64,000 nucleotides of DNA from Camelus ferus. Lineage: Eukaryota. The notes below the pieces were generated by a model. It was not told where the DNA came from, did not search any database, and worked only from the letters and a program-made list of their open reading frames with translations. Positions 1-12,100 of the stretch are shown in pieces. Position 1 is the first letter of the stretch. Each line of letters starts with the position of its first letter. A program made the translations under genes and the position numbers. The stretch is from positions 62,932,001 to 62,996,000 of the forward strand of contig NC_045696.1 in assembly GCF_009834535.1 (NCBI RefSeq). Direction: 5' to 3'.

Positions 1-430
1 TTGTTCCTCCAGAGACTTAATTAGAGCTGGCTGTCACGTGGATTTAGGCACGGCAGGGGCAGGCTCCCGGGTCCCTCCTGGGGCCACTGCCCTGATGGGC
101 TCCTGGCCCTCAGACTCCTCTGGACCCTGAGGGAAAGCAGGTGGGACACTGCTGGGGGCACAGAGGCCACGGATGCAGGGCCTCATCCTTGCCCCCCGGC
201 TTGTGTCCCCCTTCCTCCTAACAGGGTGATCCAGACCTCATTTGCCCCTTTCTGAGTCTGTCTCCCCTCAAATCTTGACCTCCTTGTATGTTTCCACTTT
301 CCCCAGGCCTCCATCTCTAGGTTTTGGAGGCCTGGATTGTGACCTGATCCTGTTTCCACCAAGCATAAGCAGGGTGCGGGGCGGGTGCTGGAAGGGTCCA
401 GGCCAGGCTTCCCCTGGATGGGGCCCAATA

Positions 431-530
431 TCCTCCCTTGTCCTCCCCTCCCTCCTTTTCTTTCCCCCTTCCCCCTCACCTTCCCATCCCCCTTCCCTCC
501 CCCTCCCCCTCTCCTTTCCCCCTTCCTCCA
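431..530. repeat. C/T-rich low-complexity (polypyrimidine) tract
   Basis: About 100 nt of almost only C/T with many CCC+ runs; G-rich on the - strand. Confidence 0.85.
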
Positions 531-1028
531 CCAGGCAGGCTGAGCTGGAAACCACAGGAAGGGGCTGGGCTGGCTTTGGCCGCAAAGGCTGAAAGCTGGA
601 GGTGAGGAATCAGGAAAGCCAGGCTTGATTCCAACATGAATTGGAAAGATTCCCCAACGGCCATGGCATTAGGTAAATAAGGCTCCAAAACCCTGTGAAT
701 GGCAACAGATTTTTTAATTTCCAGTAAACTTTAAAATTTTTGTTCTGCAGCACACTGACCAATGAGGAGCAATAAGTCTTTTCATTAATTCTTATAAATG
801 TAATACACAGTCATGAGGAAGACTCAAAAAATATAAAGCAGTATAAAACGAAAAGAAAAGGCCCCCTCACCCACCCTGACCCCACATTCCCACTCCCCAG
901 ACGTACATTGTTAGCAATTTCTTGGGGCAATTAGGTTTCAAAGAAACAAAATTCAGGATTGAAACTGCAGAACAAGAGTAGATGCTGGGCGGTGTGTCTG
1001 GAATACAAAGGAGGAGTGTGTGCATGTT

Positions 1029-1045
1029 TGTGTGTGTGCACGCGT

Positions 1046-1090
<45 letters not shown>
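1029..1090. repeat. (TG)n microsatellite with embedded palindrome
   Basis: Pure (TG)20 at 1051-1090, preceded by further alternating purine/pyrimidine sequence. Confidence 0.97.
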
Positions 1091-1092
<2 letters not shown>

Positions 1093-1134
1093 CATGAGCC
1101 ATGGTTACTAGCACAGGCTCGGCTATGGGCAGCT

Positions 1135-1258
1135 CAGGCTCATGTTCCAGTTCCCCTGCTCCTGTGTGGCAAGTTGGGCGATTTGCTTAGCTTTTTGGTG
1201 CCTCGATTTTATCCTTTGTAACTTGGGAATAATGAGAATAGTACCTCCTACACAGTTG
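1135..1258 (+). mobile_element. MIR SINE fragment
   Basis: Degenerate MIR core: ttgggcgatttgcttagc...cctcgattttatcctttgtaacttgggaataatgagaatagtacct. Confidence 0.65.
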
Positions 1259-2409
1259 GAGACATTCTAGTATTTTTCAGCTCATGAAATGTCTGTGAAC
1301 GTCCAAAAGATGCTGCGAATCCTGCTCATACGTGACTATCAGTCCCACCTCCTTCCAGAACCAACAATAATTCCAGTAACTCCTTGTCCACATGAACCAC
1401 CATACAGTTTATAATAGTTTATTATCCATATCACAGATGTCCCTGGGAGGCAGACACGTGATCCCCAAAGAGGTGAAGAAATCCCAGGAGTAGCTGCTTG
1501 TCCAAGATTCTAGAAATGTACGTGTCAGAGCTGGGCCCAAACCCCCAAATGTGTGATTTTCCGGTGCTCCCCTGGGGACATCTGTGGCTGTCTGGGCGGT
1601 GAGCACAGGAGCATGTGACGCTCGGCAGAGGAAGGGCTCCTGCAGATCCCCCTCCACCGCCCCCTTCTCGCCCCATCCCAGGAGTCTGGCCTCGTGATTT
1701 TGACGTGATCACTGGGGCAGCAATCAGGCCCTTCGTCCTGGGCTCTGTCTGCAGGTCTCAGGGGCAGAAGCATCTTTGGTCAAGTGTCTCTCTTCTTCCC
1801 TCCTCTTCTCATCATTGAGCTTTTATAGTTTTAATCATCTAATTGCTTTGTCATCTTGTACTTTAAAAAGTGTATTGCTTTTCTTTGTTACGAAAGTGGT
1901 ATCTATGGAGTATAGCAAGTATGAACAAGCAAACAGAAAGTGAAACTCAGTATCACAGTAGAACTCTTTTCTGCTTTCCTGGAGTGTCCCCTCTGGTCTC
2001 CAGCTTGACCAGTGGCACCCACCAAGGGCACAGAATCTTCAGCCAAGGAAGCCCGTCAGTCCCTCCCAGCTTCAGCCAACGAGCTGATGTATGAAACTTT
2101 CCAGGATTCACAGGATTATTGATAACACTGATTCTGAGCCACAAATGACTAATATCATTAGACAACAGCACAACTTAATACTTTTTGAAGCTGCTTCTTA
2201 ATTTTAAAATGAAGTTAAGAACTCCATCCCTCATGTGGAATTTGGCAAAAAGTTCTTGGAAAAATCAGTTTGCTCCATGGATTTGAAAGTGCTTCACTCC
2301 ATCAGCTCTAACTGTTTGCCATCCTGTCGGTGGGTTGTTTGATCAAGAAAATAAACTTACTGCAGAGTTTCTACAAACCGTTACCATGTGTCACAGAACT
2401 GAAAGACTA

Positions 2410-2800
2410 GCAGGGAGAAAGAGGCACAGGACGTGTAGTTAAACGGGGGGGCTTCGTGCTGTGATAAGGATGTTTGCCAAGGGTTGTGGGAGCACTAGGA
2501 TGGGGCACTGTCTTTCCTTTCAGGGGAAAGAAGGTCTAGTGAAGCTTTACAGAGGACCTGGACACTGAGCAGGAACTTGAAAGAACGTTAGGGGTTGGTT
2601 AGGCAGAGAGCTGATGGCAGTTAAAAAGGTTTGGCAGATAGATAGGTCTGGCCAGGGCATAAGAGGGTGAGGAAGTTGGAAGGGGCTGTGTGTGGGGCAG
2701 AGTGGGGAGGGGTCCTCGGGATCAAGAGGTGAGACTGAAGGAGGGGATTGGAATCCGGTTATGAAGGCCCTTACATGCCACTCTGGAGACTTGGGTCTTA
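2410..2800 (-). mobile_element. L2 LINE fragment
   Basis: Purine-rich decayed L2-type sequence (gaaggcccttacatgccactctggagacttgggtcttaat). Confidence 0.55.
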
Positions 2801-4614
2801 ATGAATTCGGGCCTCAGGGAGCCGAGCCTAGTTCTGTTTGCAAATTCCCGGGTCTGGGGCAGGCAGGATGGAGGTAGAGGGCTCAGTAATCCCCCAGAGG
2901 AAGCCACTGAGCAGGTCGTCTTGGGGAGGAGAGGGAGGCTGGGTCCCTCTCACAGGCACTTTTTTCAATCACCTTCAGTGTTTCTCTGGAAAGTTCTTGT
3001 GTTTCTCTTACCAACTGTCCATCTTCAGCTCAAGTCGCTTACGAATATTGAAACACATGCACACCCCCAAAGCAGAGGGAAGCAATTCGTTCACTGATTT
3101 TTTTCCAAGAGTTTTAACATGGGAACTTGGGACTGTAGGAAAATATTACTTAGGAGACAAGGAGACACAGAAGGGAACAGGTAGTAAATAGGCAAAAGCA
3201 AGGAAATCAAATCCAATCTCCTCAAAGGCAGGGGTTAACTTTCTGCATTTTAGATTTTTCTGCTCCTCTCTGACTCAGGGGTGATGGAGGCAGAGAGGGG
3301 AAGATTGGCTCTATCGCTGGTTACTTGGATGTTTCTTGGATGGATTTTGGCCATCTGGGTTCTGTCAAGGTGAGAAATGTTTTCAGCAGCTGTAAAAGCC
3401 TTTGCATTCTCTGAATCAATAAGTGAGCAGAAGGGAGAAACCAGAGCTAGCTCTTTCCTTGCCGGCACCCCTGACCCTCCCACACTCACAACCCAGCCAG
3501 AAGGAGCTGGAAGTCGGAAGCTGGAGAAACAGCTGGTCCTGCTCAGCTGCAGTGGCCCCAGACCAGCTGATCCTTGCTCTCTGAGCTGCTGAACCTGTCT
3601 GGGCTGCGGGGTTGGGGACCGTGAGGTGGAGAAAGCTTTACACTGGGACAGGGTTTACTGGGTGCAGGAGAGAGTCAGGGTCCTGGCAATGCCAGCTCCC
3701 TCGTCCTGGCCTCTAGCATCTGTGGCTGCAATCAGAGCCCTGGAGGTGACTCCCTCGATCCTGGCTGTCCTGGGGGATGTGGTGTGGGAGGGGACAATGG
3801 AAGGGCATCAGGATGTTGCCTCTCATGGGACTGGCCAGTGAGGGTAAGAGGTCAAGGGCCAGGACAGGCCCACAGGCCTCAGGTTACTGCTGAGTTTTCC
3901 TCTAAAATCAGCTCTATTCCTAGAATGTTTAGAAAGAGATTCAGAGAGAAGGAAGAAAAGAGGTCCTGACTGGCATGACCAGATGCCCTCCATGTCCCAG
4001 GCCCTGGGAATGCAAAGATGAATAGGATCTGGCTACCCAAAACTCTGTGCACTTTGTCAGCATTTTATCCACTCCCCTCACCGGGGCCCGTGGAAGCTGA
4101 GGGGAGCACCTCTCTCACCCAGCACGAGTGGCCGAGGCTGCCCAAATCCCAGCATCCTGACATTCGGCATATCTCCCTGTGCTCCTCCCTGGACAACAGA
4201 ACCTGAAGGTTTCCCATTTCACTAGAGCCCAGGAGTAGGACTGAAGTGGGAGAACACGTCTCCTGGGTGTGTCCTCATTTATCCACACCTGATGAACCAA
4301 AGGGCGCATCTTAAATTACAGCTCTGCGGACACAAGTGTTTTACAACATGGGATTCGGTTCTCACGAAGTAATAACATAGATGCAGGGTTGTTTGCTCCT
4401 TAAACCTGTGATTTTCATTTACCTTGGCCACTGTCCCCACAATAAACTTTCTGATTCTCCTCTACTCTTCATGCTCCTCTCTCCCTCCCCTCTAGCAAAT
4501 TACACCACTTCAAGATCCCCTCCTCTTGTGCACTCCCCTCCCCCTGCCTGCAAAGATCTAGTTTTTGCCATAGTTTAGTCTCATGCATAGGCAAGGAAAT
4601 ATCATTAAAAGTAT

Positions 4615-4797
4615 CCTGAGGCCACCACTTATTGTCGGGTGACCTTGGACAAGGCAATTAATGTCATTAGTTTCATGATCTGTAAACTAGAGATAATAAT
4701 AGTACCTGCCTCTTTGGTGAGTAAAGAGTAAATGTGACAACATAAGTAAAGAGATGGTGCCTGGCACATAGTAAATGCTCAATAAAATGCTGGCTGA
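4615..4797 (+). mobile_element. MIR SINE
   Basis: gtgaccttggacaag...tctgtaaactagagataataatagtacct...gtgcctggcacatagtaaatgctcaataaa matches MIR core and 3' end. Confidence 0.9.
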
Positions 4798-7412
4798 GCT
4801 GAGGCTGCTGAGATTTCTCTGACCTCAAATATTTCCCCACCAAAAATCAGCATCGGCAGCTCCCATTAGAAAGTCCATCCTTAGTTACTCAGAAATCAGT
4901 CCTTATTAAATTAAATTCTCCAGAAGTCCTTCTTAGTTTGGTTTATCAACAGAAACTAAACACTATGTGAGAGGAGATGAGAAGGTCTCAGTTTCCTCAT
5001 CTGTGGAATGGGGGCCTCACAGGGACCCAATGAGCTATTGGATGTCAATGTGAGAGGTCACAGGCTGAGCAGTTTTGCAGGTTGCTGCTGTTTCTCTTCA
5101 TCTGGGAGGGTGATGTCTACCCTCTCGTCCCTCCCAACTTCCCCTTCACTCCACCCACGGGACTCCAGCAGAAAAAGCAGGGAGATCTGACACTCAGAGT
5201 CCGAGTCCAGAGTGTGCAGGGCCTGGATTTTTTGGGGAAAGCATTCTTGGTTACCTTTCCTTCCACTGCCTGAGTCACCACCAACAGTGGCCCGTCCCAT
5301 AGTGGGCCAGCACCTTGACTTGGGAAATTGGACCCCACTCTGGAGTCCTCATCCTTTCCCCCTCTTCCTGAAACATCTGCTCGCACCCTAGTGCCTTGCT
5401 CTTGCCCTCCTGGTACCTCATATACCCTCTATTCCTGCACTCTCCCTGCTTCTCTTTGTCCAGCTCAGGACAGTGACACAGATCCCTGAGCGCCGGCCTG
5501 GATAATGAGAGGCCTGTGCTCTCGCCTGATGCTCACCCCTCCCTCCCCCTCTCCCTCCTTCCCTGCCATCCTTCCTTCATGCATCCTACTCACCTCATGG
5601 GCACCCACTCCTCCAGGCACCTTGGTGGGTGCTGGGGACAAACAGGGTCATGGAAGGACTCGGTTCCCGCTCCCCCACTGTTCAGTCACCTGGTACGAGC
5701 TGTAACCTTGGGCAAATCCATGGCTCTGCATGGGTTTCCTTCTTTCCACACCTTTCTTTGACACCCAGGCATTTTCCATTCTATGATTTCTTGTGGTTGA
5801 GCTGCTGGCCGAGGCCTGAACGCAACAGAGGCGAGACTGTGCAGTTTTAGTTGCTGCCCAAGGACAATCAGACTCAATGCTCGTTCCTCTTGTAACTATA
5901 AAATTCCACTCCCCCAAGACGGAACTGATTCATTTTCTCAGTTTAAAGCACAACCAAAAGCAAGCCCCAAACATTTGCCTAATGGCCATGCAGTTGGCTG
6001 AAAACCCAAAGCTCCTCCCTCTATGGAAACCAGCCCTGCAGCAGAGTCTGACCCCATCCCTGCCGTGCCCAGGCAGGGGCTCTCCTGGGGCTGTGTCCTC
6101 AGTAGGACCCCTCGCATAAGCTTGTCACTCATGGAGGAGTGAGGCTGAAGTCCGGGCTCTCCCACAGGCAGCCTCCCTCAGCAGAAAGAACTAGCAATCC
6201 CCTTCCACGCTGTGTCCCCGGTGGCTCAGTTTGGCCCATCATTCCAGGAGGTCCATCAGGAGTGGCTTAGCTGCTGGGAGGGGCTCTTCCAAGCTTATCT
6301 TGAACCTGTGTTTGCAGAGTAAACACTCTGCCTTTATTTATATTGTATATTGTGAATCATTAAAAATAGCAACATCCTATAAAGATGTAGGTACTCACAC
6401 TTCACATGAGAAGGAAACAAGTTGTCCTATGTGAAAAATGACCACCTTAACATTTTGATGGTTGACCTGATGGGTTGGAGATTTGGCTGGTGACTCCCAA
6501 GACCACCATCCTGGATGGGCCTCCCTGGAAGCAACCCGGGGTGGGGGGCCTGGATGTGGGGGGCCCAAACAGACAGCTCAAAGAGCCTGAAGAAGGAGTG
6601 CCATCTCTGGCAAGTCCATCACCATTCTGGGCTTCAGTGTCCTCTGAAGAGCTGAGATCAAAGTTCCCTCCCAATCATGACTCTGGAGAATCAAATCAAA
6701 TCAAATAACAGCCACAAATGCCTTTTGTGAGGAGCCAAGTTCTGTGTAAATGGAGGATAGCGTCACTGTGGTTTTAATTGCCACCCGGTTACTCACAGGG
6801 AATGTGGCTGGACCCCTGGAAACATTGTGGGGCAGGTTCCCCCAAGTTCCCACCTGAAGCTCCTCCCCCTGGGCTCCTGTCCCTGCCCAGCAGGTAGCTC
6901 CTGTGTTTGGACTCAGCACGCATTGGCTTAGTTCATGACTCAGATGTCCCTTGGAATCGGCCGTGCCAAATCCAGTTTGTTCTGACCTCTCTTTCAACAA
7001 GAATGTGAGTTTGCGTGTGTCCCATGAATTAGGTGGCAAAGGGGGCTGGGCAGGACCTGGTTTGCTTATTCAAATTCCTAGCTGTGACTCACCCAGAGTT
7101 CAACCTCATTAAAGCCTAAGTCTGAACCCTCCTGGCAGCCTGGGGACTTCAGAAATCTTCACCAATGCCTTGATGTCCCAAGGGCATCTGCAGGGATAGC
7201 CTCAGACACCCCCTCACTGGAGGCAACATGAACCTTGAGGGTCTTGGCCCTCAGTCCTGTTCCTGCTGCCCCAGGTACTTACTCAAGAAGGTGCCAGGGC
7301 TGGAGGGGATTTCAGAATGCTACCACGTCCCCTTTCATTTGACAGCCCGGGGAGAGAAGTGACTGGACTTGGGCCAGAGATGAGTTTGTTGTGAGGATCA
7401 GAACTGCCAGGC

Positions 7413-7826
7413 TATGCTGGGTTGAATAATGTCCCCCACCCCCAATTTGTGCCCACCCAGTACCTGTGAATGTGACCTTGTATGAAAATTAGGTCCTTGC
7501 AGATGGCATTAGTCAAGTTGAGGTCATTTTGAATTAGAATGGGACCTAAATCCCCCCTGTAAGAAGGCTAAGTGAAGACAGACACAAAGAGGAGATGGCC
7601 GGGGATGGTGGAGCAGAGCAGGGGGAATGCAACTGCAAGCCAGGGATTTGGATGGGTGCTGGAAAAGGCAGGAAGGAGTCCCCCCTGGAGCCTTTAGGGG
7701 AGCGGAGCCCTGCTGATAGCTTGACTTTAGACTTCCGGCCCCTGGATCTAGGGGAGAATACATTTCTGTTGTTTTAAGCCACCCAGCTCGTGGTGCTTTG
7801 TTACGGTAGCCCTGGGACCACGCACC
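7413..7826 (+). mobile_element. MaLR solo LTR (MLT1B/C-like)
   Basis: gggttgaataatgtccccc...atgtgaccttg...atacatttctgttgttttaagccaccca; probable 5-bp TSD CAGGC at 7408-7412 and 7827-7831. Confidence 0.88.
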
Positions 7827-8309
7827 CAGGCTGAGGCTCTGTTTGTCGTTTCCTGTAGAAGCACAGCCAACCCTCCCTGAGCACAGGGCCGGGGGCTGAG
7901 CTGAGCAGTTTTCCTGCATCATCTCATTTGATCCTCATCCCAAATGCGTCAAGGAAAATTACTGTTCTCACAGACACTCTGCGAGGTAGGGCACTTTTCT
8001 TTCTTTTGAATTGTAATTTTGAGTAGTAATATTGTCACATAACACAAAAATGTAAAAGCAACTAAAGTGTGCGATCCCCAGTGAGAAATCTCCTTCCAGC
8101 CCACCCCACCCCATCCCATCTCTCGCCCTATTCTCCACTCTGGGAGCAGCCATGGTTACCAGGTCCTTCCAGAGCTATTTTATAGATAAACCTTCAGACC
8201 AGCTAAAACAGTCTCCCTGCTGCCCTCTACACCTTTCTAAAACACAAATTATAATATACTGTATAGATGGTTCTGTGTCTGGCTTTTCACTGATCGCTAC
8301 ATCTTGTTT

Positions 8310-8940
8310 CCTCCATCCTCATCTCAGCAACATTGGACCCAGCTGAGCATCCTACCTTCTTGAAACACCCCTTTCTTTCCTGGTCTTCCTTTTGCCTAAT
8401 GGCCGTCCTTAGCAGGGTCCTTTGCTGACCCCTCTTTGTCTTCCCTACTCTAAATGTTGGTGACCTCGCCATCTCCGAGTCCTCTCCTCACCCCTCCCCT
8501 TGCTCTCTCCTAAGCCACCTCTCTCCTAAAGCACTATCAGCATAAATGTTATAGACTGAATGTTGTGTCCCCCAAATTCATATATTCAAATCCTAACCCC
8601 ATGTGATGGTATCAGGTGGTGAGGCCTTTGGGAGGTACTTAGATCACAAGACCAGAGCTCTCATGAATGGAATTAGTGCCTTTGTTAAAGGGACCCCAGA
8701 AAGCCCTCTCACCCCTCCCGCCATGTAAGGACACAGCGAGAAGACAGCCATCTCTGACCAGGAAGTGGGTCCTCACTGATTATATTGACATAAATTTGAT
8801 TTTTCACACTACCTCCCAAACAGGTAAATGCCACAAGGACAGAGACCATGTCTATCTCATTTGTCATTGTACCCCGAGAGCCTGGCACCCTGCCTGACAC
8901 ATAGTAGGTCTATCAATGAAGGTCCATTAAACAAATAAAC
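8310..8940 (+). mobile_element. L2 LINE fragments, interrupted by an MLT1A LTR
   Basis: L2 body at about 8310-8540 and L2 3' end (cctggcaccctgcctgacacatagtagg) at about 8820-8940. Confidence 0.7.
8547..8778 (+). mobile_element. MaLR LTR 5' part (MLT1A-like)
   Basis: tgttatagactgaatgttgtgtcccccaaattcatatattcaaatcctaacccc...gggaggtacttagatc...ccatgtaaggacacagcgagaag. Confidence 0.9.
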
Positions 8941-8954
8941 AACCCCCCCTTTCT

Positions 8955-9068
8955 TTTAACAGATGGAGAGAAACTGAGGGTTACAGTGGCTGAATTACTT
9001 GCCCAAGGCCATAGAACATTTGTATAATAGGGCCAGGATTTGACACCAAAGCTGTCTGAGTCTAGAGA
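8955..9068 (-). mobile_element. MIR SINE fragment
   Basis: acagatggagagaaactgagg...ttacttgcccaaggccatag...ggatttgacacc. Confidence 0.8.
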
Positions 9069-10559
9069 TGGAGTTTATCTGCAAGAAGCTGTGATAGTGG
9101 TGATAAGGGGGGGGTGAATTGTCACTGTGAACATTCAGATGTTATCCACCTACAGAGAAGTACAGAATCCCACACACTTTTTCTTCTCTTGCGGGCAACA
9201 TGAAACAAGCTCTAGTTTTTAGTACAGGGATGTACAGGTGAGGGGATGAGGTGGGGGAGATGGTAAAGCTTAAGGGCCTTCGGTCTCATCAGCCCTGCAG
9301 ACGGGGCAGGGAGACACCAGTCCTCAAACTTCCCACACTCATTGCTGTGGGAACCAGACCTCTCCAACAGCTGTCTTCTCATCAGTGTGTCAGTTACACA
9401 CACCAGGAGGATCAGGGGACTGGCAATGGCACCCTGATGGTAATTTACTGCCTGCTTTTAGAGCCTGCTCTCTCGGCTATGGATAAGAGAGACAATTTCA
9501 GAACTGTGGGTTAACAGAGAAAAAGGTTTCATCACTCTTGCCGAAACCTTGAGCCTTTTAAACATTCAGCTCCTTCCTTCTGGTTGAAAAGAGTTCCACC
9601 TTTGATAAGCAATCTGACTGTAAGAGGGAGCCACTGAAGGTGAGGAGCAGGGACTGGGCAAGCGTGTCTGTCCCCACAGCTGCACCTGCAGGATGTGCTT
9701 AGCTGCTGCTCCATTTCTTTGGTCGGGGTGGCTGAGCAGGAGGCTTTTTCTCTGGGCCCAGCAGACCGGAAGTGCATTGTGTACTAGGGAAGCGCCTGCT
9801 CTTCCTTCCTTTCCTCCCTGGGCTTGTATAGGACATCTTCATAAGCACATCCCTCCTCCGTTAAGGGCCTGGAGGGGTGAGGAGTAAGGACGGGGCAATA
9901 GAGCTGTTCTGTTCCCACCCTTTTTTTTTGGTTTCCTTTTAAAACTTTTTTTTGAAACATGAAATTCACATAGAAAGCTGAACCCATCATAAATATCCTG
10001 AACTTGATTATTGTTCATTAAATACTCGCTCCTCACAATAACTTCATGAGATGAGCATATTTCCCTAGTGAACGGCTTGGCCACGTGACTCACTTTGCCC
10101 AGGGGAATGCGGGCAGCAGTCAAAGGCCACTAGTTCCCACTTCCCTCTTCCCTCTTAGGATCCTGCCTTTCACCTTAAAAGAACATTCCTCAGAGAGCTG
10201 CCAGTTAAAGGAGGAAGAGAGAGTGTGGAGCAGCCCTGCCCTCATGCCAGCAGCTTAGCACCAAGGCCAGCCCAGCCCAACCCAGAGCGCTACCCATAAC
10301 CAGTCAGCAGGAAATAAATACTTCTTGTCTGCTGCTGGGTACGAGGGTGGTTTGTTATGGCAAGAGCCAGCCGATGGAATAAGTGCATAGCTCGACAAAT
10401 TTTCACCACCTGAATACACCTTTGCAGCACACAGCTCAATAGAAAGAGCAGCACCACACCTGAGAAGTTCAGCCTCCCTTGTACCCACGTCCCGTACCTG
10501 GGGAAGGGGTCACCCCTAACCTGGCTTCTAATAGCAGAGAAGAGTTTAGTCTGTTTTCT

Positions 10560-11830
10560 TACTTTAAATAAAGGAAACCTGCAGAATGTACTCATTTGTG
10601 TCTGGCTGTCTTCATTCAATACCACGTTTGTAGGACTGATCCCTGTCTTGTTCCATGTGGTAGTAGTTTATATATCACCATGGTTAGGTTGTGAATATAC
10701 TGTAATTTATTTTCCCATTTTATTGTTATGGGCATGTGGGTTGTTTTTTGTTCTCAGCTGTTACGAATACCATTGCTATGAATATTCTCGTACATGTCTT
10801 TTGGTAAACATGTAAACATATTTCTGTTGGATCTATACTAGGAGTGAAGTTATATATAAATATATATATGTGTGTGTCTGTGTCTGTGTATGTTTGTGTA
10901 TTCAACAATACTAGATCCTACCAAACTGTTTTCCAAAGTTAATGTACCACTTTAACTACTGGCAGCTGATGAGAATTCCGGTTGCTCCACATCCTTGCCA
11001 ATACGAGGTATTTCCCATCTTTTAAAATTTAGTCATTCTGATGGGTGTGTTGTCAGATTGCATATTGGTTTGAATTTACATCTTCCTGATGACTAATAAC
11101 ACTGTGTCATTTTTTCATAAGTTTCCTGGCCATTTGGGTGTTTTATCTTGTGAAGTGTCTGCTCAAGTCTTTTGTCTATTTTCTTCCGGGTTTTCTGTCT
11201 TTTTCTTATTGATGTACAAAACTTCTTTTTATTCTGGATATTAGTTCTATATGTAGCACAAATATCTTCTTCCACTCTGTGAGTTGCCTTTTTACTTTCT
11301 CAGTAGTGTCTTTTCATGAGCAGAAGTTCTTAATTTTAGTATGCAATTGGCCTTAGAACAACACAGGTTTGAACTACATGAATCTACTTATATACAGATT
11401 TTTTTCAATACACGTACAAGTAGGACTAGGTTTACAATCTATGGCTGATTGAACTCTTGGAAGCAGAGTCCATGGAGGTGAATGGCGGACTGTGGGACCT
11501 CAGCATATGCAGATTTTGGTATCTATGTCAGATTCTGGAACCAATCCCGTGTGGGTACTGAGGGACAACTCTAATCCAATTTATCAATTTGATTATTTAT
11601 GTTTAGTGACATTTTTGCCCTGTGTAAGGGATTGTTACCTACTCCAAGGGAATGAAGATGCTCTCCTGTGTTTTGTTCTAAAAGCATTATTCATCTATAA
11701 GTTCAACTAGGATTAATATATGTGTGTGGTGAGAGGTAGGGTTGGAAATACTTGAATATGCAGTTGACCCAGAACCATTTAATTGAAAAGGTCATCCTTT
11801 CCCCACTGCACTACAGAATCACTCTTTATT
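10560..11830 (-). mobile_element. Old L1 (L1M-type) ORF2 3' region and 3' UTR, degenerate
   Basis: ORF 10726-10908 gives QKTCTRIFIAMVFVTAENKKQPTCP, resembling the L1 ORF2 C-terminal TCTRMFIAALFTIAK..KQPKCP motif; interrupted by a Tigger MITE. Confidence 0.9.
11344..11571 (+). mobile_element. TcMar-Tigger MITE (MER2B-like) nested in L1
   Basis: Starts caattggccttagaacaacacaggtttgaact, ends gattttggtatc...ggaaccaatccc...gagggacaactc followed by TA; L1 sequence resumes afterwards. Confidence 0.8.
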
Positions 11831-11859
11831 TTTCATTTGGGAATTGAAAAAAGTCATGG

Positions 11860-12100
11860 TTTTGAGAACATGCTTTTGAACTCCATGAATTAGATTCATG
11901 TGCTAACTTTCATACCCTAGCTGCAGATCTGGAGTGAGTTACTTCCCATCTCTGAGTCTCAGTTTCCTCACCTGTACTTGAGAGGAATGAAGCTTTTCAT
12001 CTCAGAGTCTCACAGACATCAAACGGGAAAATGCATTAAAAAGCACTTAGTACAGCGCCTGGGAGTGAGGGCGCAGTCAGTATCTGCTGTTACTATGACC
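11860..12100 (+). mobile_element. MIR SINE
   Basis: ctctgagtctcagtttcctcacctgta...aaagcacttagtacagcgcctgg. Confidence 0.85.

Noticed and set aside
10726..11275. Possible coding exons
   Set aside because: They are frameshifted relics of L1 ORF2.
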